Assembly (NCBI GenBank): GCA_017467165.1
Contig: JAFTST010000004.1
Location: forward strand, 595-64,594
Source of the DNA: Clostridia bacterium
GTDB taxonomy: Bacteria > Bacillota > Clostridia > Oscillospirales > CAG-272
DNA: 64,000 nucleotides
Reading direction: 5' to 3'
In this document: positions 63,459-64,000 of the stretch, piece after piece
Layout of the letters: every line of letters begins with the position of its first letter
How positions within the stretch are numbered: position 1 is the first letter of the stretch
Program-made: the position numbers and the translations under genes
The notes under the pieces: generated by a model
Told to the model about the DNA's origin: nothing
Databases searched by the model: none
Seen by the model: only the letters and a program-made list of their open reading frames with translations

Positions 63459-63582
63459 AGGCGTTCTCTCGTTATGAAAAAAGCTCCTTGAAATCAGAAG
63501 CGCCAGCACCGCATAAAAAAGGAGCACGGACGGAGTAACCGAGGGCACAGGTTGAAAAAACAAGAAAGGAGGGGACCTGATT

Positions 63583-64000
63583 ATGAAACGGTTTTTTGCG
63601 AGAAAACAGATATTAACTATACCAAATCTTTTGAGCGTTGTCCGCATTGCCCTGATCCCTCTTATTGTTTGGTTGTACAGCGTAGAAAAAAATTACCACG
63701 CCTCAATTTGCGTCATACTTCTGTCGGCGGCAACGGATATCGTCGACGGATTTATAGCAAGGCGTTTCAATATGATTTCTGATTTTGGAAAGGCACTTGA
63801 TCCTCTTGCGGATAAGCTGACTCAGGCGACGCTTTTGATTTGTCTTTTATCAAAGTACGAGCTGATGTGGGGGCTATTAGCTGTTTTTGGCATTTGTGAA
63901 ATAACAAAGCTGACACTCGGTATTATCATTGCAAAAAAGCACGACGAGGTAAATGGGGCAAAATGGTACGGCAAGGCGAACACAGTCATAATTTACACGA
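63583..64000 (+). CDS. CDP-alcohol phosphatidyltransferase (PgsA-like), 3' end outside the window
   Basis: My own translation from ATG 63583 gives MKRFFARKQILTIPNLLSVVRIALIP...ATDIVDGFIARRFNMISDFGKALDPLADK. This matches the family motif DG(x2)AR(x8)G(x3)D(x3)D. The frame stays open to the window end. GGAGG RBS. Confidence 0.8.
   Translation, partial: MKRFFARKQILTIPNLLSVVRIALIPLIVWLYSVEKNYHASICVILLSAATDIVDGFIARRFNMISDFGKALDPLADKLTQATLLICLLSKYELMWGLLAVFGICEITKLTLGIIIAKKHDEVNGAKWYGKANTVIIYT

Overview
This 64-kb chromosomal segment has the gene content of an anaerobic Firmicutes/Clostridia gut or rumen bacterium. That placement is an inference from desulfoferrodoxin, FprA, Mn-catalase, BspA-type LRR proteins, a pectin locus and Gram-positive-style RBS and promoters. 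Most of the window is ordinary: purC, a Crp/Fnr-dfx-ferritin-ZIP oxidative-stress and metal cluster, a TIGR01212 radical SAM gene, hpf, and an AEC permease. A ~23-kb pectin/galacturonate utilisation locus (about 22.3-45.3 kb) holds a CUT1-type ABC importer, GH28, GH105, uxaCAB, an AraC regulator and a giant PL9-like surface lyase. Further genes include a yhhQ-SDR-ywqG-ICMT operon, catalase/FprA, MarR, a small alarmone synthetase and a partial CDP-alcohol phosphatidyltransferase. Six things do not fit routine annotation. (1) At the left edge, an ATP-grasp/radical-SAM fusion enzyme sits next to a 1338-aa membrane-anchored pentapeptide-repeat protein. (2) A cytoplasmic TIR-(BspA)LRR fusion is the last gene of a tight operon with two membrane proteins. 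(3) An intact tRNA-Gln(CUG) is preceded in the same transcription unit by a disrupted copy carrying a 94-nt hairpin-rich insertion just 3' of the anticodon, and a mirror-symmetric ATGATG/CATCAT mini-hairpin array lies beside it. (4) Two ORF-poor, structure-rich regions flank hpf, one of ~200 nt upstream and one of ~770 nt downstream that ends in a strong terminator. (5) Four unknown 4-TM proteins and two ATPases are interleaved in the pectin ABC operon. (6) A lower-GC island (52.5-59 kb) holds four lipoproteins and a membrane-tethered XRE regulator that share a ~55-aa YWEFxFxMP module. No CRISPR array, transposase, integrase or rRNA was seen. All calls come from reading the sequence and translations; no database search was run.
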